DNA of 24,000 nt, from assembly GCA_016794245.1 (NCBI GenBank), contig JAEUKR010000056.1:8669-32668 (forward strand), given 5' to 3'. Below, piece by piece: positions 1 through 7,606 of the stretch (positions are counted from its first letter, which is position 1; each line of letters starts with the position of its first letter). The notes beneath the pieces are model-generated. The model was not told where the DNA came from and did not search any database. It saw only the letters and a list, made by a program, of their open reading frames with translations. This stretch comes from Caedimonas sp. Lineage in GTDB: Bacteria > Pseudomonadota > Alphaproteobacteria > Caedimonadales > Caedimonadaceae. The position numbers were made by a program, and so were the translations under genes.

Positions 1-175
1 GACAAATTTGATTGGAAACAGGGTCTTGGCTATAAGGCTCCGTTCCATATTGCAATGGGAAATGTCTAGTCATGCTTGTGATTTGGATGAAGATGATGCC
101 AACGGCCATCGCAGCGGCGCCGAAGCCAATCCCAGACCACAATAACCAATATCTTGTTCGGTGGCGTAAAGTCAT
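1..175 (-). CDS. Partial CDS (5' end only, continues past the window edge): hypothetical membrane-anchored protein
   Basis: A complement ATG at 175..173 opens a frame that stays open to position 1 (58 codons: MTLRHRTRYWLLWSGIGFGAAAMAVGIIFIQITSMTRHFPLQYGTEPYSQDPVSNQIC). It contains one hydrophobic helix. It is missing from the ORF track, presumably because it has no stop inside the window. No family recognised. Confidence 0.35.
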   Translation of the reverse strand, partial: MTLRHRTRYWLLWSGIGFGAAAMAVGIIFIQITSMTRHFPLQYGTEPYSQDPVSNQIC

Positions 176-208
176 GATATTTCTCTTTAAGTTAAGTTGT
201 ATGGTTCC

Positions 209-366
209 ACACCCAAAAGATTTAAGGATGTAGGATGGGCTATATCCTTTTATTATAGAGAGAATACATTAAGAGACTTTTAAGAATTTCGTTGAAAGAT
301 GGCTATACCCAAAGGATTTCAGAATCCAGGCTATATCAATATGTTTACGTGTTTTGAAAGGCATAC
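209..366. repeat. Two adjacent copies (one about 100 nt, one about 60 nt) of the dispersed inverted-repeat element family
   Basis: 305..330 ATACCCAAAGGATTTCAGAATCCAGG matches the reverse complement of 9037..9062 at 24/26. 211..239 ACCCAAAAGATTTAAGGATGTAGGATGGG is a second, more diverged left terminus. 352..362 TTTTGAAAGGC is identical to 4384..4394 and to the complement of 8945..8955. Confidence 0.6.
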
Positions 367-1248
367 ATGATACAAAAAGTTTTGTGTCTTATGATGATTT
401 TTCTTCCCTCTTGGGGAAGCGCCCAAAACAATCCAGGGGTTATTGATCCTTTTGCGATGCGTCTTGCCGCGATTGAACAAAAGCATAATATTCCAAATGG
501 CTTGCTTTCCGCCATTTCAAAAGTGGAATCGGGCCGCTATCATCAGAAACACCGAAAAGTCATTCCCTGGCCCTGGGTTATTCACGCGCAGGGGGAAGGG
601 CGATTCTTTTCAACAAAGCAGGAAGCCATAAACGCTGTTCACGCTTTAAAAGCAAAAGGTATTAAAAACATTGACGTGGGATTGATGCAGGTGAATCTTT
701 TGCATCATCCCCAGGCTTTTTCGTCGCTCGAAGAGGCGTTTAATCCTGAAAAAAATATTGAATATGCGGCGAAATACCTTTCTGACCTGAAGAAAGAACA
801 CGCGAGTTGGTCAAAGGCGGTGGCTCATTATCATTCTGCTCTTCCTGAATACCACGTTCCGTATCGTCATAAAGTTTACAAGATGTGGCAGAAAGAAAGG
901 AAAAATGGTTTTAGCCGCTGGATCGAACAAGATTATTTTCGCTCTGGCGCGGCAGAGGGAAATTCCTGGTACCACTCTCCCTCTCCCCGGTTCAAGATTA
1001 TTCGTGTTCGTCCTCTTCATCATCCTTCGTCCTCTCCGCAAGAAGCGCTCCAAAAAACGGCATTTGATGCAAAGGAAAATAAAAATTCCAAACCAAAGCC
1101 AATACCAATAAAGCTTTCGAGACTCTCGACTCATAACGCTTTAAGGTCATCAAGCCATCTTCAAAATCGCTTTCGATTTATCAAGAGTTACAAAATGCGC
1201 TCTTTCCAGTTGGCTCAGAAAACGGCAAAGAATGAAAAAGGCCGATGA
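367..1248 (+). CDS. Secreted lytic transglycosylase (SLT domain) with a long basic C-terminal extension
   Basis: Signal-peptide-like N-terminus (MIQKVLCLMMIFLPSWGSAQ). SLT-type motifs are present: catalytic-Glu context SKVESGRY, PWPW, DVGLMQVN, AAKYL. The last ~120 aa are basic and Ser/Pro-rich with no domain I recognise. GAAAGG lies 6 nt upstream of the ATG. Confidence 0.8.
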   Translation: MIQKVLCLMMIFLPSWGSAQNNPGVIDPFAMRLAAIEQKHNIPNGLLSAISKVESGRYHQKHRKVIPWPWVIHAQGEGRFFSTKQEAINAVHALKAKGIKNIDVGLMQVNLLHHPQAFSSLEEAFNPEKNIEYAAKYLSDLKKEHASWSKAVAHYHSALPEYHVPYRHKVYKMWQKERKNGFSRWIEQDYFRSGAAEGNSWYHSPSPRFKIIRVRPLHHPSSSPQEALQKTAFDAKENKNSKPKPIPIKLSRLSTHNALRSSSHLQNRFRFIKSYKMRSFQLAQKTAKNEKGR

Positions 1249-1281
1249 ATTAGATAATAGACATCCCGTAGGTCTTTTAGA

Positions 1282-1983
1282 TCAACAATAAAACGTCTGT
1301 CCAGATTCTTTCAGATCAATTGATGCAAGCTGTACAAATATATCCACAATTTCACAAGCCTCCGGAAGCGTCAAGGGATCAACGCCCGGCATAGCCTGAG
1401 CGTGCATGGCTGTTCTAACCTCGCCTGGATCTATTAAATTGACTTTCAAAGAAGGATGGGTGTTTTCAGCTGCATATAGCCGGATCATTTCTTCAAGCGC
1501 TTTTTTTGACAGGGTATAAGCGCCCCAGAAAGGATGGATACCTTGCGTTACACTCGTCGTGACAAAAAGAGCGCGTCCCGCCTCGGAACGTTTTAAAAGA
1601 GGCTCAAAGGCTTTTAAAAGATGCCAGTTGGCAAAGAGATTCGTTTCCCATACCTCGTGCCATACCTTGTGGGGGAGGTGCGTCAGTGGCATCAGAAGGC
1701 CTAAAATGGCCGCGTTCCCTACTAAGATATCCAGTTTCCCAAAGCGCGCCGAGATTTCGTCAGCCATTTCATCAATACCTGCAAACTTGCGCAAATCCAA
1801 GGGAACCAAGGTCACGGAAATTCCATGAATGGCCAGATCATCATCCATCTTTTCCAGATCCTCATGAGAGCGTCCGACCAGAATAAGATCAGCGCCTTCT
1901 TGCGCGTAACGTTTGGCGATCGCCGCCCCTATGCCGCGTGTTGCTCCTGTGATCAATGCGGATCGTCCTGCAAGTTGTTTCAT
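1282..1983 (-). CDS. SDR-family (short-chain dehydrogenase/reductase) oxidoreductase
   Basis: NAD(P)-binding TGxxxGIG motif (ITGATRGIGAAIA) and catalytic YxxxK (YTLSKKA). Length of 233 aa is typical of classical SDRs. Substrate unknown. Confidence 0.85.
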   Translation of the reverse strand: MKQLAGRSALITGATRGIGAAIAKRYAQEGADLILVGRSHEDLEKMDDDLAIHGISVTLVPLDLRKFAGIDEMADEISARFGKLDILVGNAAILGLLMPLTHLPHKVWHEVWETNLFANWHLLKAFEPLLKRSEAGRALFVTTSVTQGIHPFWGAYTLSKKALEEMIRLYAAENTHPSLKVNLIDPGEVRTAMHAQAMPGVDPLTLPEACEIVDIFVQLASIDLKESGQTFYC

Positions 1984-2057
1984 TATTTTGTTCCCGCTTA
2001 TAAAAAATAAATCTCCAAAAATTATGTATATCTGATAAATTGAACCTTTGGGACAAG

Positions 2058-4262
2058 ATGTTGACTGAAGATGACTTTATGCTCTCGTTGAGCAAAAATC
2101 AAAATAAAAGTATGTTTCTGAGCAGGATGCTGCAAAGTTTGATCCGATGGACTTATCAGAAAAATGTCCAAAATGGGCTGCTTTTTCTGTCAGGGGGGGC
2201 AATATTTGCGCTTGGTGCCGTTCTTTTTGGGCAGCATAAAGACTTGATAACGCGCCTGGCGATAATAGGGCTGTTGGTTCCGTGCTTATCTCTGCTTTTT
2301 GCAAGTTATAGAATATTACGCCGAAATCGTTCTACTTGTTCACTTGGTGATGCGCAGATTCCCTATATGGTTACCTTTCGCGATGGTCAGCCTTTATTCG
2401 CGCATGTGTCATTTCTGGAGTTTTTCCCCGAGGCGCAAACGCGCATCCTTTCTGATCTTATGGCGGATTATTTTTTGAGGGAGCCTCTTTCATTCGGGGA
2501 AGAACAAAAAGGCGATATTTCAGATTATGTCGTCTATCAGCCGGATCGCCAAAAGATTCATTGTGTTTTAAGGCGTTTCCCTCTCAAGGGCGGTAAGCAA
2601 TGGTTATGGATCATAGACAAGGTCAATGCCAGATACCGTGAATTGTTTGAATCGATCTATCAGCAAAATGACTTTTTGAAACAATTTCAGATTCGGGAAA
2701 TTTTTGATCTCGCCCCCGCGGGGATTGTTTTTTTGGATGCGCAGGGATGTGTGCGAGTTTACAACTCTACTTTTACCAAAGACTTTTTAAAAGATCAGAA
2801 AATTGAAGATGGCGTCTCTTTTGTTGATCTTGTCGACCCCGACCATCGAGGGTCTTTCAATCAAGCGTTGCAAAGTTTTCTAAGCGGTGAGAAATCTGTT
2901 CAAACCGTTGAGATCAAATTCGTTGCGATGCCCGAAGCTCTTGCGATTGCCTATATGGGCGCTCTTGATGATAAAAAAGAAGGAGAGGAAAGCCCCTCGA
3001 TACGCGGCGCGGCTCTTTATATTTTCGATAACAGCGAACAACAGAGGATTCAACTGCGCCTGGTGCAATCACAAAAACTTCAGGCGATGGGACAATTGGC
3101 GGGCGGTATTGCTCATGACTTTAACAATCTTCTTACCGCGATGATCGGTTTCTGTGATCTGATTTTACTGAGGCACTCTCCCGGTGACCAGTCTTTCACG
3201 GATATCATGCAGATCAAGCAAAATGCCAATCGCGCTGCAAATCTGGTGCGGCAGTTGCTGGCATTTTCGCGTCAACAGACGTTACAGCCGAAAGTATTGA
3301 ATATTATTGATTCCCTGTCCAATCTCACTTTTCTTTTGCAACGTTTGATCGGGCCTTCGATTCAGCTTAAAATGATTCACAGCCGCGATCTGGGGTTGGT
3401 CAAGGTGGATCAGGGACAATTCGAGCAAGTCATCATCAACCTGGTTGTCAATGCGCGTGACGCTATTGGCAAAGACGGAGAAATTACGATAAAAACCAGT
3501 CACAGGGTCATCAAGACGTCTCATCAGGTGGGACATGAATTGATTTCCCCCGGCGCCTATGTCCTTATTGACGTCATTGATACGGGACACGGGATCGCCA
3601 AGGAATATTTGCCGAGGATCTTTGATCCTTTCTTTTCAACGAAAGAGGTAGGATCCGGTACGGGTTTGGGCTTGTCCACCGTATATGGAATCGTCAAACA
3701 GACAGGCGGTCACGTCATCGTTGAATCAGAACTTGAAAAAGGAACGAAATTCAGCATTTATCTGCCGAAATATAAATATCGGGATAAAGAACTTCTTGCG
3801 GACTCTGAGCGAGCCGGTGCGCAAACCGAAATTCAAGATCTTACGGGACAGGGCACTATCCTGCTGGCTGAAGATGAAGACGCGGTCAGGCTTTTCTCTG
3901 CGCGTGCGCTGAGGGATAAGGGTTATCATGTTATCGAGGCTGATTCCGGCGAAGAAGCTCTTGCTTATATCAACTCTATAAAAGATCGGGAGAACGAAAA
4001 ACTTGATCTTCTTATCACGGATGTTGTTATGCCACAAATGGATGGCCCGACGCTTGTCAAAAAGGCGCATGAGATTTTGCCTGACCTTAAGGTGATTTAT
4101 ATGTCGGGCTATGCCGAGGATTCTTTTCGGCGTCAGCTGAATCAGGAAAAGAATATTCATTTTCTGGCCAAGCCATTCAGTTTAAAAACCCTTGCCGTAA
4201 AGGCCAAGGAAGCCTTGGATTGCTCTGTCTCTCCAGAGAGGGCGGAGAGCGTTAGGGATTAG
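2058..4262 (+). CDS. cckA: Hybrid sensor histidine kinase/response regulator, CckA-like
   Basis: Two N-terminal hydrophobic helices and a PAS-like region. Kinase motifs: H-box QLAGGIAHDFNNLLTAM, N-box NLVVNARDA, G1 DTGHGI, G2 GSGTGLGLS. C-terminal receiver domain with DLLITDVVMPQMDG. The architecture and H-box fit alphaproteobacterial CckA, but other hybrid kinases share them, so the symbol is tentative (about 0.6). The ORF opens at TTG 2040 and the in-frame ATGs are at 2058, 2079 and 2112, so the start is uncertain. Confidence 0.85.
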   Translation: MLTEDDFMLSLSKNQNKSMFLSRMLQSLIRWTYQKNVQNGLLFLSGGAIFALGAVLFGQHKDLITRLAIIGLLVPCLSLLFASYRILRRNRSTCSLGDAQIPYMVTFRDGQPLFAHVSFLEFFPEAQTRILSDLMADYFLREPLSFGEEQKGDISDYVVYQPDRQKIHCVLRRFPLKGGKQWLWIIDKVNARYRELFESIYQQNDFLKQFQIREIFDLAPAGIVFLDAQGCVRVYNSTFTKDFLKDQKIEDGVSFVDLVDPDHRGSFNQALQSFLSGEKSVQTVEIKFVAMPEALAIAYMGALDDKKEGEESPSIRGAALYIFDNSEQQRIQLRLVQSQKLQAMGQLAGGIAHDFNNLLTAMIGFCDLILLRHSPGDQSFTDIMQIKQNANRAANLVRQLLAFSRQQTLQPKVLNIIDSLSNLTFLLQRLIGPSIQLKMIHSRDLGLVKVDQGQFEQVIINLVVNARDAIGKDGEITIKTSHRVIKTSHQVGHELISPGAYVLIDVIDTGHGIAKEYLPRIFDPFFSTKEVGSGTGLGLSTVYGIVKQTGGHVIVESELEKGTKFSIYLPKYKYRDKELLADSERAGAQTEIQDLTGQGTILLAEDEDAVRLFSARALRDKGYHVIEADSGEEALAYINSIKDRENEKLDLLITDVVMPQMDGPTLVKKAHEILPDLKVIYMSGYAEDSFRRQLNQEKNIHFLAKPFSLKTLAVKAKEALDCSVSPERAESVRD

Positions 4263-4278
4263 ATCTCTCGTCTGATCT

Positions 4279-4403
4279 ATATCTGGCGCGTGCTTTTGCC
4301 TCAAAATCCCCAAGATCTCTTTGGTCATACAAGAAATCTTAGATAGGATGCGGGGGACTTACCGCTCGCTCCATCGCCTCACATTTTGAAAGGCGAAGAG
4401 CAT
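4279..4403. repeat. Copy of the dispersed inverted-repeat element family
   Basis: The termini are inverted: 4292..4307 GCTTTTGCCTCAAAAT versus 4383..4401 ATTTTGAAAGGCGAAGAGC. The core 4348..4375 ATGCGGGGGACTTACCGCTCGCTCCATC aligns in direct orientation with 9008..9034. 4279..4296 ATATCTGGCGCGTGCTTT is the exact reverse complement of 18016..18033. Confidence 0.7.
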
Positions 4404-4514
4404 ATCTTTTAATCTTTTCCCAAAGCTTGAAATTCTTGAGTTCTATTTTGCTGTTTTTTTATGGTCAATTTTCACTATAATGAACATAAAATATTCCGTC
4501 GAGGGACAATCAGC

Positions 4515-5309
4515 GTGATAGCAAGTTTTGTTGACAGCCATTGCCATTTAAATTTTGAGATCTTTAAAGACGATGTTGAGCACGTCATACATTCAGCCCA
4601 TGAGCGTGGCGTCAATACTATCCTGACAATTTGTACAAAAACGGATGAGATGGGCGATATCCTGGCGTTTGCCAGGAAACATCCTCATCTTTTTGCCACT
4701 GTTGGAATCCATCCTCATGAAGCTGAAGAAACATTAAAGAATTTCAATAGCTCGCAATTAAACGCATGGCTGAGGGAATATTCAAATGATGCGAAAGTTG
4801 TAGGAATTGGAGAAACAGGTCTTGATTTTTACTACACGCACAGTCCTCGCAGAGAACAACTTCTCGTTTTTCAAACGCATATTGAAACGTCGCTTGAGGT
4901 CGATCTTCCAATGAGCATCCATACGCGCAACGCGGAAATGGAAACGGTCTCCATGCTTAAGGATTACCCAAAGGCCAGGGGCGTCGTTCATTGTTTTACG
5001 GGGACTCAATCTCTGGCTGATGAAGTTCTGGCTCTCGGTTATTACGTTTCCGTTTCAGGAATTGCCACTTTTAAAAAGGCTGAGGAATTAAGAAATGTGA
5101 TAAAAACCATTCCTCTTGAGAGGTTGCTTCTTGAAACGGATGCACCCTTTTTAGCGCCTCTTCCTCATCGAGGACAGCGCAATGAACCTGCTTTGATGAT
5201 TCATACGGCTCAATTGGTTGCCGAGATCAAAGAAGTTTCCCTTGAAGAATTGGCGGCTGTAACGACCAAAAACTTCTTTACGCTCTTTTCAAAGGCGCAA
5301 CGTGTCTGA
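4515..5309 (+). CDS. tatD: TatD-family metal-dependent hydrolase/DNase
   Basis: DSHCHL motif near the N-terminus and ETDAPFLAP near the C-terminus. The ORF-track start ATG 4461 has no Shine-Dalgarno (SD) sequence. GTG 4515 has GAGGGA 8 nt upstream and gives the usual ~264 aa, so the start choice is an inference. Confidence 0.85.
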   Translation: MIASFVDSHCHLNFEIFKDDVEHVIHSAHERGVNTILTICTKTDEMGDILAFARKHPHLFATVGIHPHEAEETLKNFNSSQLNAWLREYSNDAKVVGIGETGLDFYYTHSPRREQLLVFQTHIETSLEVDLPMSIHTRNAEMETVSMLKDYPKARGVVHCFTGTQSLADEVLALGYYVSVSGIATFKKAEELRNVIKTIPLERLLLETDAPFLAPLPHRGQRNEPALMIHTAQLVAEIKEVSLEELAAVTTKNFFTLFSKAQRV

Positions 5310-6075
5310 AAATAGATTAATTATTTTGGGATGCAGGGCATCGGGAGGCGTTCCGGGGGTAGGCAACTATTGGGGATCTTGTGACCCGTCCCATCCCAAG
5401 AATTTTCGTACGCGTTCTTCCATGTATTGGATCGTCGATGGCATGAAAATTCTCATTGATACTTCTCCCGACCTTCGGCATCAAATGCTGAAAAATCAGA
5501 TTGCTGACATAGATGCCGTCTTGTATACACATGCTCATGCCGATCACACGCATGGCATCGATGATCTGAGGGGACTCTTTTTTCAAAGAGGACAGAAAAA
5601 AATACCTGTTTATGGAGCGGAAACGACTATTCGCACGCTGCAAAAGCAATTCAGTTATTTGTTTCACGGAGATCCTTTTTCCATTTATCCTCAAGTTCTT
5701 GAACCACACATTATTCATGATACATTTAGCATAGGCGCTTTAAATATCAGGGCTTTTCCTCAAATTCACGGCGAAAAGCTATGGTCGACGGGTTTCAGGA
5801 TCGGGAATATCGCTTATTCTACAGATTTCAATGATTTGGAAAAGGATTCTTTGAAGTGTCTGACAGGTCTTGATTTGTGGATCGTCGATTGTTTAAGTAT
5901 TGATCCGCGACCTACTCATATGCATCTTGAGGGCGCTCTTGAGTGGATTGCAAAAGTTCAACCGAAAAAAGCGATCCTGACACATATGAATACAACGCTT
6001 GATTATGAGACGTTGTTTAAAATATTGCCTTCTCATGTTGAACCGGCGTATGATGGGCTGACGATCTATTTTTAG
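5302..6075 (+). CDS. MBL-fold metallo-hydrolase (PhnP/GPMB-like, substrate unknown)
   Basis: HxHxDH motif (YTHAHADHTHGIDD). The GTG start overlaps the tatD stop by 8 nt, which suggests translational coupling. Confidence 0.85.
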   Translation: MSENRLIILGCRASGGVPGVGNYWGSCDPSHPKNFRTRSSMYWIVDGMKILIDTSPDLRHQMLKNQIADIDAVLYTHAHADHTHGIDDLRGLFFQRGQKKIPVYGAETTIRTLQKQFSYLFHGDPFSIYPQVLEPHIIHDTFSIGALNIRAFPQIHGEKLWSTGFRIGNIAYSTDFNDLEKDSLKCLTGLDLWIVDCLSIDPRPTHMHLEGALEWIAKVQPKKAILTHMNTTLDYETLFKILPSHVEPAYDGLTIYF

Positions 6076-6083
6076 GAATATGT

Positions 6084-6190
6084 GACTTCTTTCACAACCG
6101 GATGTCAGGAAAGAAGTTTATTGTATACTCTTAGCCCTTCAAAATTCGGGTTCGACATCCTCCAAGTCTATTGGGTTATGAAAGAAGTCT
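6084..6190. repeat. Partial or degenerate copy of the repeat family, flanked by a 10-bp perfect inverted repeat
   Basis: GACTTCTTTC (6084..6093) and GAAAGAAGTC (6180..6189) are exact reverse complements. The internal segment 6134..6160 GCCCTTCAAAATTCGGGTTCGACATCC resembles the terminus 8939..8975 CCCTTCGCCTTTCAAAATCCGGGGACGTTGGACATCG. The CTTCTTTCA arm also occurs in the copy at 17974..18052. Confidence 0.5.
6085..6117 (+). terminator. Candidate hairpin downstream of the MBL hydrolase gene
   Basis: ACTTCTTTC (6085..6093) pairs perfectly with GAAAGAAGT (6109..6117). The loop is 15 nt and TTTATTG follows. The long loop and weak U-tract make this only a tentative intrinsic terminator. The same left arm can also pair with 6180..6189 (see findings). 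Confidence 0.3.
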
Positions 6191-6196
6191 AGTTTG

Positions 6197-7606
6197 ATGA
6201 AATATCTTTGGCAAATCATTCTTTTTTCAGGAATATTGTTTCTCAGTGCTCAAAAAAACGTGGCGGCGGACACTTTTCTCCCAGCGTCGCGTGAGCAAAT
6301 TCAACTTTCATTTGCGCCGGTTGTAAAAAAAGTCAGCCCGGCTGTCGTGAATATTTATGCGGTACGCGTTGTGAATTCACAGCCTGTCTCGCCCTTTCTT
6401 AATGATCCCTTGTTCAAGCATTTCTTTGGCGATGCGCTTCCCTTTGGCGCTCCTCACGCGCGTGTTCAAAGTTCGCTTGGCTCAGGGGTGCTTGTCCGAA
6501 ACGATGGTGTGGTGATTACCAATGATCATGTCATTAAACAGGCTGAGGAAATTAAGGTTGTTCTTGCTGATGGACGGGAATTTTCAGCTGACATTATGGT
6601 ACGAGACGTCCGTACGGATCTCGCGGCGCTCAAGCTGAAGACATCAAAAAAAGATTTGCCTTACCTTGAACTGCGCGATGCGGATGAACTTAAAGTTGGA
6701 GACGTGGTTTTGGCGGTTGGAAACCCGTTTGGATTTGGCCAAACAGTAACGATGGGGATTGTCTCAGGTTTGGCGCGCACTGAAGTGGGCATCAAAGATT
6801 TTCGCTCTCTCATTCAAACCGATGCAGCAGTGAACCCAGGCAATTCAGGAGGTCCCCTCATTACTCTTGATGGGCGTATCGTCGGGATCAACACAGCTAT
6901 TTTTTCAAATACAGGCGCCTCTATTGGCATCAGTTTTGCAATCCCTTCAAATCTGGTTGTTCCCGTCCTGGCAGGGGTTGACCATGGAGGCAAAATCATT
7001 CGCCCTTGGGCAGGGATCTCGATGCAAAGCCTGACCAGGGAAATAGCCTATTACAGGGGACTTGATTATCCTAAAGGGATTCTGATCACGAAAGTTTACA
7101 AAAATACTCCCGCTGAGCGGGCGGGGTTGAAGGTTGGTGATATTCTATTGAAAATTGATGATCATGAGATTTTAAATGAGGCCGCCTATCGTTTTCGAAT
7201 GGCTACGGCCAAGCCATCACAAACCAGTAAATTCACCATTTGGCGTGATCGTCATGAGCAAACTTTTCAGGTTACTCTTGAAACGCCTCCGGATCTTCCT
7301 GGCAACCAGCCTGTTGAAATTCCAGGGCGCAATCCTCTTTCCGGGGCTGTGGTTGTCACGCTTTCTCCTGCGGTTGCCAGTGATTTGGGGATCGCCTATG
7401 AAGAAACAGGGGGAGTCGTCATTATTCAAGTTCGATCTGATAGTTTGGCAATACTTTCTGGTCTTTTACCTGGTGACGTTATCTTGAAAGTCAACGATAA
7501 AGTTATTGAAAACGTTGACCAACTTTTTCGCCATCTCACCCGAAGCCGTAAAGGATGGGGGATTACCTTCAAACGGGGATCAAAAATCTTTGTCCAGAAC
7601 TGGTGA
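6197..7606 (+). CDS. htrA: Periplasmic serine endoprotease, DegP/HtrA (Do) family, two PDZ domains
   Basis: Signal peptide present. Catalytic triad contexts are TNDHV, DLAAL and GNSGGPL. There are two PDZ-like C-terminal regions. The ORF opens with TTG 6194, immediately followed by ATG 6197. Confidence 0.92.
   Translation: MKYLWQIILFSGILFLSAQKNVAADTFLPASREQIQLSFAPVVKKVSPAVVNIYAVRVVNSQPVSPFLNDPLFKHFFGDALPFGAPHARVQSSLGSGVLVRNDGVVITNDHVIKQAEEIKVVLADGREFSADIMVRDVRTDLAALKLKTSKKDLPYLELRDADELKVGDVVLAVGNPFGFGQTVTMGIVSGLARTEVGIKDFRSLIQTDAAVNPGNSGGPLITLDGRIVGINTAIFSNTGASIGISFAIPSNLVVPVLAGVDHGGKIIRPWAGISMQSLTREIAYYRGLDYPKGILITKVYKNTPAERAGLKVGDILLKIDDHEILNEAAYRFRMATAKPSQTSKFTIWRDRHEQTFQVTLETPPDLPGNQPVEIPGRNPLSGAVVVTLSPAVASDLGIAYEETGGVVIIQVRSDSLAILSGLLPGDVILKVNDKVIENVDQLFRHLTRSRKGWGITFKRGSKIFVQNW

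Noticed and set aside
6134-6165. tRNA-like T-loop sequence GGGTTCGACATCC
   Set aside because: No complementary T-stem, acceptor stem or anticodon arm can be drawn around it. It aligns with the repeat-family terminus (8939..8975) instead.
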